A DNA stretch of 26,667 bases from Psammoneis japonica (Eukaryota). The DNA lies in the NCBI GenBank assembly GCA_008632985.1, contig QPGO01000174.1, forward strand, positions 124,001 to 150,667, given 5' to 3'. How positions within the stretch are numbered: the first letter of the stretch is position 1; each line of letters opens with the position of its first letter. The notes under the pieces were generated by a model, which saw only the letters and a list, made by a program, of their open reading frames with translations, was not told the DNA's origin and ran no database searches. Below, piece after piece: positions 1-11,069 of the stretch. The position numbers were made by a program, and so were the translations under genes.

Positions 1-1097
1 CACACAAGGGCATCCAGTTGCGTCGGAGTAAAAGCAAAAAGGTCCTGATGCAAATCGGTTCCATCAATGTTGAGAGTGGAGCGCAATGGACTGTTCGCGG
101 CTTGGTTCAGAACAGTGCCTAGAATGTGCTCGAGGCCATCAATTTGTTGTTGCCTGGTGAGAACCTTGTTGCAACCAGGTGGATGTCGGAACTGGCTGGA
201 GTCGGAGGGTGAGCTTGAAACAACTTGAAACTTGACTTGAATCTTGACTTGATGTCTTGAGCTGTCTTGAGAGTCAGAAGCCGCCGGGCTGTGATGCCCC
301 ATTTGCAGTTGAGTGCCAAGCTTCCCATCTGGTCCGCAGAGTTGTGCCAGCACGTCTGAACCCACAGCTGGCGACACTTTGGGTTGCCTGAGAGCGGAGC
401 AATGGGTTAAAAACCCCTGCTGACAAGCCAGCCAGAGGTGGACAAGACCTCCAAACCGTTCTTGTTTTATGTCGGTTGGACAACCCGATCAGGCCGGCCA
501 AATTTGGCGCTGTGGAGGGATGAACAAACGTGGGAAATGCACCCTCACCCCAACACAGGCTGCGGTCATGAACTGCTTCCTCTCACAGTTGTCCTGGCAG
601 ACCTTGTGGGACTGCAGAAGACCAGCAATCCAGTGCAGACACAAGGCGGCAGACTTGGCATGTGCAGAGCAGGGCCAGAGTCAAGGGTTTGCATCGTGTG
701 CACGTGGACGCGAGCGGATGGACTGGCAGGATCCGCCACAAGGAATCCGGAATCTCAGACGTCTGAGAATTTGGGAATTCCTGGCCAAACAAATGTCCGT
801 TGAACAAACATGTCCAACGATGGGAGGTGTTGGACAAATCCAAACGTGTGGATTTGACCCAGCACCCAGCAGCGAAGAAGGTGGGCACGTGTGCTCCCAC
901 CACCAACGGCGCACATCGTCAAAAATTTCTTGATGATGACAATGAACGCTCAATGGACAACAAAGAGCAAGACTGTCAATCTGACAGAAAATGAAGATGA
1001 CTGGGTGGAAAAAAACAATGGCTCCTTGCTGCTGTCCAAATGGCAGATGAGTCTCCGTGCAGAGACCGCGGCAGGAACCGAAAGACTGGCGCCGTGA
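1..1097 (+). pseudogene. Degenerate coding remnant, unidentified, in a TpA-depleted block
   Basis: Protein-like stretches switch between + frames (438-803, 800-994, 891-1097) with scattered stops. HPHPNTGCGHELL loosely resembles the SGNH-hydrolase HP...GH block, which is not sufficient for a call. No TpA was found between 470 and 1519. Confidence 0.3.
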
Positions 1098-1314
1098 TGC
1101 CTGCACTGCTGTTGTCATTTTTGTGAGCCGAGTGGCTCAAAAGCAAACTGCATCACGTGACGCGCGCGGAACTGAGAGCACGCACAACCGTGTGTGACAA
1201 ACCAAAATCTTGCTCAAATCCTGCCAAGGCTTGGCACTTGATGCCTCGCCCTTGCGCTTGACCACGCTCATGCTCCCGGCGCCTGAGCGAGCGTGCGACC
1301 ACTGTCGCTGCTTT

Positions 1315-1640
1315 TGCACATTCTTCCATTCAACCCAACCGAAAAACAACAGCTGCAGCTCTTTGTGCACCCATGTCTTGATGGTCACAACACGCGAGCA
1401 AAATCTGCTGGCGCTTGTGGGTGTCCGGCCCGCGTGTGAAATTTTCAAAAAAATTCAGTCATCGGTCATCTTGGTTGTCCCTGCTTGCACCCAACCGAAA
1501 AATGACAGCTGCAGCTCTTTAACATGCATGTGTCTTCATGATCATAACACATGTGATTAAAACTTGCTGGCATGTGGATGTTGGCATGAAATTTTCAAAA
1601 AAATCCAGTCATCCTTTCGGTCATCTTGGTTGTCCCAGCT
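1315..1640 (+). repeat. Two diverged tandem copies (about 150-156 bp) of a dispersed repeat, with a third copy at 13936-14080
   Basis: CAACCGAAAAA..ACAGCTGCAGCTCTTT at 1336 and 1492. TGAAATTTTCAAAAAAAT(T/C)CAGTCATC...GGTCATCTTGGTTGTCC at about 1437 and 1587. Confidence 0.9.
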
Positions 1641-1891
1641 AGTTTTTCACGACCTCGCAAATGACTCTGGATGAATGAATGGCCCGACAGCTCTTTCGTA
1701 GCGCGAATCCGGGATGTGGACTTGCACAACTGTATCAACTGTGAAAGAGGACAGAGGATTCGCCGCTGTTAATACAAGCGAACAAACAGAAGAACAAAAG
1801 CACAGGGTCACACTGAAAGAATACACACGAACACGAAGTGATCAGAACAACCCATCAGGGAACAAAAGAACTGGATTCGTGAAAGCACCTG

Positions 1892-3787
1892 ATGACAGGA
1901 CGAGTAATTCGGAAGGCATTCGTGCCGTTGCTCTTCTTGGTGTACCTCTTCAGGACTTTGCATTCAGGGTTAAAGGATGTGTCTATCACCTCGCTGACAC
2001 ATTCGGTGCCGGACAAGTCTTCTTCCTTAAAAGACACCCCCCCTAAGTCTCATCCAAACCAAGAGCCTTTGTCACCCCCCATTCTAATTCAAACAGTGTC
2101 TGTGGATGCAGGAAATGTCACGCATCTTAGCATCGACCACAGATCTGGCGGCTGGGGAAACCGTGTATTTCAAGGCTTGCACGCTCTTGTGGTTCACAGA
2201 CCTGACTTGCCACCAGGACCCTGTCTTGGTGGAACCCAAGGGGCCATGTTTGGCAGCTTCCTCTGCAAGGTGGATTTGTGTCCAGAAAGCACCCCCAAAG
2301 AAAAATACACACACCTGGGTGGAGTGGCCAATCGTGATGCATGGGAGCGCATATTCCGAGAAGTATCGGCGCCCAATCCGAAAGTTCTCCCTTTCTTGGA
2401 GTTAGATCAAACTGCGGTACAAGAAGTCATCGGCACAGAGCTCATGGGAGAGCTTAATCGCACTTGCGCAGTTCACGTACGATTTGGGGACCATTATTTC
2501 CGAAGTGATAAACCCAGGTATGCTGGTGACTCAAGAATAGCAGCGTGTAAAGGCAAAACTGTACAACAGTGTTTTGGACACGTTGCCGATTGGGTGAAGA
2601 GAGCATGTTCATCTTCACATACGGTCTACGTGGCAAGCGACGTTCCAGAGTTCTCAGAATTCGTGGTGAAAGCGTCACCCGACCTGAAAGTCTTCCACGC
2701 CACTCAGGTCAGGACAAGTGTCCACATGAACGACATGGATTCATTTTCGCTCTCAGACCCGCACGCACGGGGTATAGTCATAGATTGGCTTGCGCTGGCG
2801 CTCTCTAAAGAACGACATGCTATATCCAGAAGCACGTTTTCAAGTTCAGCTGGCCTTGGTTTTTATCTCTCGAATTCGTCTTGCGAGAAAGGAGCAGAGA
2901 CATCCATTCTCCTGGGGGGAGCAGCTGCGGAGGTTGTGAAACGTGATGGAAGCTCGAACATTTGCCGCAGCAATCCCTATGTGAGCAAGCTTGAAGATTC
3001 TCTCGAGACAATCACAGAACGCATGGATGCCTGGTTGGAGCCGTTGGCTTATGAGAACACCATGATCCAAGCCAAGACCAATCCTCAATGGCGACGTAAT
3101 TGGGGCCCTTTCAATGCACATGCCGAAATGGCAAAATGTCATCCCGCCCATCGAAGATGTGTGGGAGGCCCCTGTTTTGACGATTTGAGTAAGATCACTT
3201 GTGGGTTGAGCGCCCTGGAACCTGGCTGTGTGGTGTATTCGATAGGTGGAAACAACCAGTGGCAGTTCGAACTAAGTGTCCTGGAAGACACGCCATGTGC
3301 TGTTCATACATTCGATTGCACGGGCCCCAAGCGACGGTTTGTTCCACCCAAACATGATCGTCTGCACTTCCATCATGTTTGCGTTGGAACTGAACATGAA
3401 CCACCCCCCACTGCTCCTTGTGAAGGCCAAGTGAAATGCGGAGCCACTTGGACACTGCGTGAGATGAAAGAGAATCTTGGACACGATCATGTCGATCTCT
3501 GGAAAATGGACATTGAGGGCTTTGAATGGGGCATCCTTGAATCATGGCCCGAGCTGGATGAGGAGCGTGGGGATGTTGCTTTGCCACAACAGTTGCTTGT
3601 GGAAATCCACTATGTCACCCAATTTCCAGCACTCTACAAGAACGGGTCCAGCAAGTTCAAGGATCCCGAGGACAGCGTGAAACTGCAGCGTCATCTGCTG
3701 CAGATGGGCTATGCGGTGGTTGAACGCGATGACAATGGGCGTTGCAAACACTGCACAGAGTTGACCTTGGTTCGTGTGAGATGCTGA
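1892..3787 (+). CDS. Type-II membrane protein, 631 aa: fucosyltransferase-like (GT11/GT23/NodZ-type) domain fused to a C-terminal Methyltransf_22/METTL24-like SAM methyltransferase
   Basis: Uninterrupted ORF with N-terminal signal anchor (RKAFVPLLFLVYLF). Fucosyltransferase-type motifs: GGWGNR, AVHVRFGD, VYVASD, IDWLAL...STFS. Methyltransferase motifs: CVVYSIGGNNQWQFE, VHTFDCT, VDLWKMDIEGFEW, QLLVEIH. Confidence 0.85.
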   Translation: MTGRVIRKAFVPLLFLVYLFRTLHSGLKDVSITSLTHSVPDKSSSLKDTPPKSHPNQEPLSPPILIQTVSVDAGNVTHLSIDHRSGGWGNRVFQGLHALVVHRPDLPPGPCLGGTQGAMFGSFLCKVDLCPESTPKEKYTHLGGVANRDAWERIFREVSAPNPKVLPFLELDQTAVQEVIGTELMGELNRTCAVHVRFGDHYFRSDKPRYAGDSRIAACKGKTVQQCFGHVADWVKRACSSSHTVYVASDVPEFSEFVVKASPDLKVFHATQVRTSVHMNDMDSFSLSDPHARGIVIDWLALALSKERHAISRSTFSSSAGLGFYLSNSSCEKGAETSILLGGAAAEVVKRDGSSNICRSNPYVSKLEDSLETITERMDAWLEPLAYENTMIQAKTNPQWRRNWGPFNAHAEMAKCHPAHRRCVGGPCFDDLSKITCGLSALEPGCVVYSIGGNNQWQFELSVLEDTPCAVHTFDCTGPKRRFVPPKHDRLHFHHVCVGTEHEPPPTAPCEGQVKCGATWTLREMKENLGHDHVDLWKMDIEGFEWGILESWPELDEERGDVALPQQLLVEIHYVTQFPALYKNGSSKFKDPEDSVKLQRHLLQMGYAVVERDDNGRCKHCTELTLVRVRC

Positions 3788-3888
3788 TTGCTGCAGAAAT
3801 TAACTCCTAAATGTAATACAGATGTCATCAGTCCTCCAATTCAACACATTCAAAATTTCTACTGCGTCGCCCATTTTCCTGCGCTCTG

Positions 3889-4043
3889 CAAGAATACACT
3901 CCCCTGATCAAAGCATCGGTTTTATCAAAGAAGAAAGAAGCACAAATGGTGCAAACAACAAACAACACAAGAATGCACTCCCCTGATCAAAGCATCGGTT
4001 TAATCAAAGAAGAAAGAAGCACAAATGGAGCAAACGACAAACA
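3889..4043 (+). repeat. 79-bp tandem duplication, 2 copies
   Basis: CAAGAAT(A/G)CACTCCCCTGATCAAAGCATCGGTTT...GAAGCACAAATGG at 3889 and 3968. Confidence 0.92.
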
Positions 4044-4094
4044 GTACTGTCAACAGAGGAAGACACATCCACACACAAAGCCATGCTACAGTCC

Positions 4095-4733
4095 GTGACT
4101 GGAAATTAGCAATGGACTCAATCTTTAATGGCATTATCAATGGAGTAGGTTATGGTTATATTTATCAATGGCACAACAAGTTGTCCTAAGTTGAACGTTA
4201 TGTTTTATCATTGCACAACAAGATGTCCTAAGTTGAACGCTGGTTTTGAAGTTCCATTGAACTGGAAATTAGCAATCATTAATGACAACATTGAAACTTC
4301 TCTTCACTTACACTGCCTCTGGACAGTACACAGCTTACTTTGTCCACCGTGACTATTCAATCTGCCACATTTTATAAGCCATACACTGTTCTACTTTTGC
4401 CTTAGCCCTGTGCACCCTAGTGACTGGAAATTAGCATTTGGTCTACTTTTGCCTGGACATTAGCAATGGACCCAATCATTGACGGCATTAGCAATGGAGC
4501 AGGTTATGTTTTAGCTTTGCAAAAAAAGTTGTCCTAAGTTGAACGTTGTATTTTTTTCTATTGAACTGGAAATTAGCAATTATTAATGACGACATGGCAC
4601 AGCAAGATGTCCTGAGTCGAACGCTGCTTTTTGAAATCTATAAGACGTGAAGTTAGCAATCATTAATGACAAGTTGGTTGAGCAGCTATAAGACGTGAAG
4701 TTAGCAATCATTAATGACAAGTTGGTTGAGCAG
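4095..4733 (+). repeat. Complex of diverged short repeats ending in an exact 48-bp tandem pair
   Basis: CTGGAAATTAGCA and TGTCCT(A/G)AGT(T/C)GAACG units recur. CTATAAGACGTGAAG...GGTTGAGCAG is identical at 4638-4685 and 4686-4733. Confidence 0.88.
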
Positions 4734-5667
4734 AGATCAATTTTCTGAGCAGCAAAAGAACATGTGATTCAGCGTGGTTCCCCGACTGTTCACCATTCTG
4801 GAAAATAGGAAAACAAAACGCATTTTTGACAGCATGAAGTGTCATGTTTAATGTTGTTTGACAGCTTTTTTTTTCTGCAACCACTAAGATGCAAAATTGA
4901 AGCAACTTTAAAATGGTGCAAAGTGCCAAATAACAAAATTAAATAAATACCAAAACTAGACTATGCTGTTCAAGCTTTTTTGACCTCTACAATTTTGACA
5001 GCGTGCACCTTCAAAACTCGGGGATACAGCATTGTCAATGAAGACGCGGCACAGTGCATTTTTAGCGCGGGGAAAAGAAAAGAGTTGCCTCAACGCACGG
5101 ATGTTGTGCACGAAAATTAGGTGTGAGCATATCAAAGCCAAAAACATGCGCATTAGAAACAAATCTTTGCAGCTTTCACAACATTCCACGCGCCATTGGT
5201 TTTTCTGGAGCTCCAAATAAAAGCATCTTCTTTAACCATTGAAATGACTATGAGTACATTTTGTATTTAATTTTGACTCTTTACGTGTTCAAAGCATGTA
5301 GTCATTATTAAAAGATATATTTCTGACATTATTAATTTCGTATTGAAGTACGTCCAAATTAAATGCGAAGCGACAGTGCTTAGTTTGGGCCGGTAGACAC
5401 ATCAGATGTAGATGCCGGATCATGTCACTGCTGTCGAACAGTAGTGTTAGGACCTAATTGATCCTACGGAATCGGAACAGAAGTTAAACATTATGGTCTA
5501 TCTATCGCCAGTTCGAGCCAACATTTAGGGGAATGAACAAGGAGGCTAGTGTCCACATCTTAAGTGATAAATAATCTGAGACGAATGTAGAGCAACAAAA
5601 GACAATAGCAAGCTATTACATCTTTACCCAGCAACAACGGCTCCCACAAACCACACCTCCAATACAC

Positions 5668-5897
5668 TCAACGAGGAATGCAACTGGTTAAATGAAATTG
5701 CACAAGAAGGAGGTTATCGCTATCTTTTGGAATGGTTACAAAGTATACACACCATGACAGCAAAGGATAATCATGTTCAAAATCAACGAGGAATGCAACT
5801 GGTTAAATGAAATTGCACAAGAAGGAGGTTATCGCTATCTTTTGGAATGGTTACAAAGTATACACACCATGACAGCAAAGGATAATCATGTTCAAAA
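5668..5897 (+). repeat. Exact 115-bp tandem duplication
   Basis: TCAACGAGGAATGC...ATCATGTTCAAAA at 5668-5782 and 5783-5897, with no mismatch seen. Confidence 0.93.
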
Positions 5898-6353
5898 GAA
5901 GTTGAAAAGCACATAACAGTTAGATTATAGTTTTCATTGAATACAAAAAATACACACGTTCGGGAGGAAACGGTTAAGTCATTCTGCGTGCCAACACAAC
6001 ACGCATTTGTTTGACAGCATGAAGTGATTCATTCCACGCGTCAAACAGATTGCTACACTCCGCACACCATATGGATTGGTTTTATCCTTGTGCCCAGCCG
6101 TGTCCCAGAGCCGGTAAAAAAAAATTTCAAAAGAGATATCTTTGAAAAAGATAGCGATTTCGTTGTGAAACATAACAAACGCCAGAAAAAGCCTGAGATG
6201 GACAACCAAGCAAAATAAAAAAACACGTTTTTAACAGCATTCAGTCATGACCAAGCAAGCATGAAGTCCTGTTGACAGAAGCACTGTTTCACTGTTTACC
6301 TTTTTTCCGTACCCACGCAGTTGCCACATTAACGCAAAAATTTAATTGAGTAA

Positions 6354-7124
6354 GAGCATCTTCGCCAGTGAGTCGTAAACATAAACATAAACATAGGAAC
6401 ATAACCTAAAAGGACAAGCGAACAGACTGCCCGTATAAGTTACGATCTGCACGCGACCATCATTTTCAGTCGATCACAATCGTATCCATACACGTATATC
6501 AATAACTAACTGATGGTAGGACGACTTGTTGAATTTTACATGACGCCATGCGGCTTTGAACGCAATATACGACACAAATCACCGTCTATTCAAAGATATG
6601 TCGACGTCTATCAATAGAGAATAATTCATATTATATGTCTATGTGTTACTATGTTGTGAAAGTCATTCTACATCGCGAAAACAAGCGAAATGTTATCACA
6701 CGATTTATGCCTTATTCTCTTCTGACCCCATAAACCCCCCATATGTCGGTTCTCCTCCCATATCTCGATGCGGCCGTATGTAAGTTCATAAGATACGACA
6801 AAGTCTTAATTGTTGGGCCTCTGTAAGGTCCTCTCATCAAGAAAGCGTCGATTGTCGTTTCGTCATGGTGACACGCACTTTCTACAGGATTTCTACACCC
6901 TTTTTGTACCAGAAATTTACGATTTTCGTTTACGATTTTGGAGGTGGATCGTATCCAAGGCCTGATTTGCGATTCACTTTCATGAATCGTAAATTCGAAA
7001 AGGGTTATTAGCGCAAAAAATATGTTTACGATCCACCGAAAATGATGATTTTTTGTGAATCTCATTCGTATCGGAAGACGTACGGACATAGGTTTATGTT
7101 TACGACTCACTGGCGAAGATGCTC
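6354..7124. mobile_element. PIF/Harbinger (Tourist-like) non-autonomous element (MITE), 771 bp
   Basis: Perfect 33-bp terminal inverted repeats GAGCATCTTCGCCAGTGAGTCGTAAACATAAAC (6354-6386 and 7092-7124), flanked by TAA target-site duplication (6351-6353, 7125-7127). Interior is AT-rich with no credible transposase. Confidence 0.9.
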
Positions 7125-9539
7125 TAAAATACCAAAAATAAATAACAAAAATTTTCTATTTAAAAAATTTTGGCGTTTTCGACCCCTTCAATTTTGACCA
7201 ATGGCATTGCAAGCCCTCGGACAGATTTTGAACCTGAGGTGTGGACAACCGCAAAGAGATATGTGGAAAACACATCCGAGTGTCTAATCTTAATGTCTAT
7301 TGGCCGAAATATGGCTCTGAGATTGTTCTATTGGCCGAAATATGTTGAACTAAGTCATTCTATATTGTCCCGCGGTGCGGAAAAAGTTACAGGGTGGCTC
7401 TGAGATTCTTCATTGTCCTGACTTAGACATTTCGGACATAATGTTGCTTCCCTTCCAGACTCCTGTTTTATTCGCTGTGGCATGAATCTCTCCTGCGTGT
7501 GGTCGTTCGGAGAGTGAAACAATTCAAATTAAATCAGTAAGTTCCCATAAACTGTTGATCTTGATTCCTCTTGTGGCTGTTTTCCAAGCTATAATTAACA
7601 TGCCTTGCTTGTTGACAATCATCACGCTAATTTGGTCAGTCACACCAGTTAAGAACCGAGTTATCCTGCTGTGATTTTCAACAATTCACTTACGGAAAAA
7701 GAATGTTTCGGGAGGGGAAACATGAGAAATTTTCGACCCCTGATAAAGCATCGCTCTTCATTTTTAAAGCATATTTGGAATAACGCCTTGGTGTTGCACA
7801 CTATGTCAAAGCAAGTTGTTGTTGTCTTTTGCATTGTCATAATTCTACGGCAGCTACCCACCAATAACACCTACGTGTGTTTCTACGTGCGCTCCCTTAC
7901 TGATGTCGCATTTCGCTGGGTCTCCCAAGACCATTCTGGCCATTTCAACCAATGTCACACCCTTATTTCAGCATGATAATCAATGTTTCTCGGTGAAAAA
8001 GACTGGCGTCGATTCCTTATGGTTCGTATGCTCGTTGATTTTTTTCGTATTGTTTCTGCAGACTCAAGAAATTTTCTACACGGATTCTAGTACAAATTCT
8101 ACGCGCGACAGCAACAACCACCGACGACTGCTGTATCAACGCTCCGAACTACTTACGCCCATACCCATCGGTCCTCAATAACCTTCTTTATCTCCATCTG
8201 CCAATCAAGTGCTTCACTCTATTTGGTGAAAGTACCTCCTCTGTTGCGGCGCTGACGATCCAGTATGGTTTCTACACGAGACAATTGTTTTTTCAGATTC
8301 ATATCTACAAGACCTGTGCTACCTTACTTCTATCTACTGGCTAATCAAGCTCACTACCCTGAGTGGTGATCTTACTGTTCTCGCTACGATTCCTCGAGGT
8401 GTGCAAATAAGATGCCTCATGATGTAACCAACGTGTGCATCACCAGCAAGACTGCAGAAAACTCCAAGTGTTGTGTTCTCTGTTTCAACTGTTTCCGTCG
8501 GGCGTCTCATTCTGGAGGCGCCGAATCCGGCTAATCGCATGGTAGGGTGTAATGAAAGTGTGGGTTAGCCGGCGTCGGTGTTGCTGGGCAAAAGCGTAAT
8601 AGCACTTAAAATTAGGTTTGGGTTTTTTGTCTTTTGCATTGTCATTTTTTGTTAATCACTAGATTGAGAATAGTGCTTCTTTAACATAAACTAGAGAGCA
8701 TCTGCTGAGCATCTTTGTGCTTCTTGTCTTAGCATCGTCTACCTCGACATCTCCCTCACTATGACTTACTTGTGATTTCGTACTGGAAAGTATGATTGTT
8801 GACGGGAAAAACACGTGCTTGTCGCTATGGCACACAAAGCGTTAAGTTCACTTGAAATTTACAAAAAAGTTTTTGTCCTTTAATTTGTGATGAAGAAATT
8901 CCCAATCAAACCTGACAATTCTATTTTGGACGGAAGAGAGGCCGAAAATAGTCTTTTTGTTTCTCTTCTCTTTTGCGCTGCCTTGAGTGACGTTTGTTTA
9001 TGTCAGGATATTTAGGAAACATGAGACCACAAACGGGTCCCTGCTGCTTGGAATCCCTCATTCTGAATTCTTTACACCATCATGCCCAGCATGTCCATTA
9101 TTTGCAGCTGCACCCCGTTCTTGTTGTATGTCGTTCCCATGACAAACATCTACATCATACAGTCATGATTGACATTTTACAGCATCATGCAGAAGTGAGC
9201 ACAATGCCATGCAAGAGAGTGAGTGGAGCCAATAACTTTGCAGGAACTCAGTTGAAATGTCATCTGAACAAAGGCGGGTTTACTACCTTCGTGAGTTAAA
9301 AACAAGCTTAGCGTGGAGTTCATCTCGTGTTCCCTTGGTGGCGAGGGCACTGGAAAGGGGAAAGTGATAGGGAATTGCTTGAATCTTGTTGTTCGGGGTA
9401 AGGCAATGACTGAAAAGGTCAAGTTGTTACAAGAATTTGTTGAAGGCTCAGTGTCGGCCAGCAACAGGAGCGGCAACATCGGGGGCTTTCTGAACTTTGA
9501 CAGAGACGTTCTTGACACCACCGAGTTTGACAGTTTCGA

Positions 9540-10730
9540 ACTCGGCGTTTTCGGAAACGAGTTTCTCAGAGGTGGAGCTTGCGAAAAATGTGCTGTTGCG
9601 CTAGGCTATGTCGTTCGGTGCCATGTATCAGAGGCGGAGCTTGCGGAAAATGTGCTGTTGCGCCTTATGTCGTTCGGTGCCATGTAAAAGTGGGTTCTGG
9701 CGCGTTTCATTGCACGATCGGGTGTGAATATGATCAAATGCCACAGACCTTCTTTAATTGATTGAAACCGATGTTCTGATGTGACCAAAATAATGAAAAA
9801 TGCTATGAGCTAAAAAACATGCACGATGTCCTGATATTAGCAAAATAATGAAAAAATGCCAAGAGCTAAAAAACATGTAAGACCTGCTGAATGTTTGGGA
9901 GCATCATAAATCGACAGTCGGACACATTACTCGGTATTTTCGAAATCAAGTTTCTCAGAGGTGGAGATTGCGGCAAAAGTGCTGTTGCACGCATGTCGTT
10001 CGGTGCCATGTAAAAATGGGTTCTAGAGTTCGTTTTTTGTGCGCGATCGGGTGTGAATATGAACAATTTTTGCATTCAAAAATACTCCTTGATCAAATAA
10101 TGCCCTTCGTTGTGTCATGCGATAGACTGTTCGGCAAGGAAGCTAAGGCAATGCTCCGCAAGATAGCGTCGAAACTATCAGATAAGTGGCAAAAGCCATA
10201 TTCTGAAGTATGCGGCTATGTCAATGCGAGGATGAGTATATACCATAGTTCGGGCAACCCACCGTTGCCTCAGGGGATCCCGTATTCCCGCTTCTCAGAT
10301 CAGCTCCAGGCGACCCCAGTGGGGAGATGGCGCAGCTCTGTCCCTTTACAAACACTAAAAGGACCCCGATTCAATCGACCTCCACCCACCCGGACAGTAT
10401 ACCAACCGACTATCCACAGAGACTTTGATAATACGCCTAGAGAAGACAACAAAAACCTGCCATCATACTGAACACGGCGCCAGAATCAATTCGAATTTCG
10501 CGCGCACAGCCTACGAAATTGCGAAGGACCTACCCCTTATTCGTACGACTGCATTAACTATAATATCCACTTTCTTTTCTAATAATGCCACGGGACCCCC
10601 TTTAATTGAAACCGATGTCCTGAGATGAGCAAAATAATGACAAAAATGCCGACAAAAATGCCAAGAGCTAAAAAACATGCAAGCAAGACCTGCTGAATGT
10701 TTGGGAGCGTCATGATTCGACAGTAGTCGG
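9540..10730 (+). repeat. Two diverged copies of a roughly 390-bp unit with internal sub-duplications; copy 2 is interrupted by a retrotransposon
   Basis: ACTCGG..TTTTCG...GTTTCTCAGAGGTGGAG starts at 9540 and 9929. ATGTCGTTCGGTGCCATGTA occurs three times. GAGCTAAAAAACATG...AAGACCTGCTGAATGTTTGGGAGC at about 9863-9902 and 10665-10708. Confidence 0.88.
10105..10580 (+). mobile_element. 5'-truncated non-LTR retrotransposon (restriction-like endonuclease type, CRE-like C-terminus plus 3' UTR)
   Basis: Reads PFVVSCDRLFGKEAKAMLRKIASKLSDKWQKPYSEVCGYVNARMSI, then a 1-nt frameshift, then IVRATHRCLRGSRIP...WGDGAALSLYKH* (stop 10356-10358). This matches the typical RLE-element C-terminus. Flanked by direct repeat AATAATGCC at 10096-10104 and 10581-10589. 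Confidence 0.85.
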
Positions 10731-10967
10731 TCGAGGGCAAAGCCTCGGTTGGAAGGAGATGCACAGCTTCTGTGACCACGGTCCGAGCAGTGTCACGGGG
10801 TCAGGATCTGCCCAATGTGTAACTTTAATTAATTCTCCGTTTTGGTCCCCACGCACAAAGTTGGGTGCAAAAAGCAACCAGTGCTTGAGGCCTTGTTTGT
10901 TGACAGGATAGGGAGGTGGTGAAGTGACAGCTGGGTAAAAAATGCAGTTGTCAGTCCTATTATGGTT

Positions 10968-11057
10968 ACCTAGAGTGACCCCAAAAGGAGCTCATAGACC
11001 CGAGTGACCTCAGAGCCAGGGCGGATCGGTGTTGCGGCTAGCCCAAAGTAGCTTCAT
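10968..11057 (-). repeat. Duplicate of the last roughly 115 nt of the adjacent CDS, with a 29-nt internal deletion
   Basis: Matches 11068-11183 (GTGACCCCAAAGGAGCTCATAGACCCGAGTGACCTCAGAGCCAGGGC...GGATCGGTGTT.CGGCTAGCCCAAAGTAGCTTCAT). Confidence 0.92.
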
Positions 11058-11069
11058 GGTTAAGAGAAC

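Noticed and set aside
4095..4733. CRISPR-like array
   Set aside because: Repeats are irregular and diverged with no unique equal-length spacers, there are no cas genes, and the context is eukaryotic.
5667..5915. Peptide LNEECNWLNEIAQEGGYRYLLEWLQS as an ankyrin-like gene fragment
   Set aside because: Too short, with no supported start or upstream exon, so it cannot be supported.
4818..6280. Recurrent TTTGACAGC(ATGAAGT) motif as a regulatory site or element terminus
   Set aside because: It is repeated (about 4826, 4858, 4994, 6010), but no gene start, terminal repeat pair or target duplication could be tied to it.
6712..7110. 132-aa ORF inside the MITE as a transposase
   Set aside because: No DDE or Myb-like motifs, and it begins within the terminal repeat.
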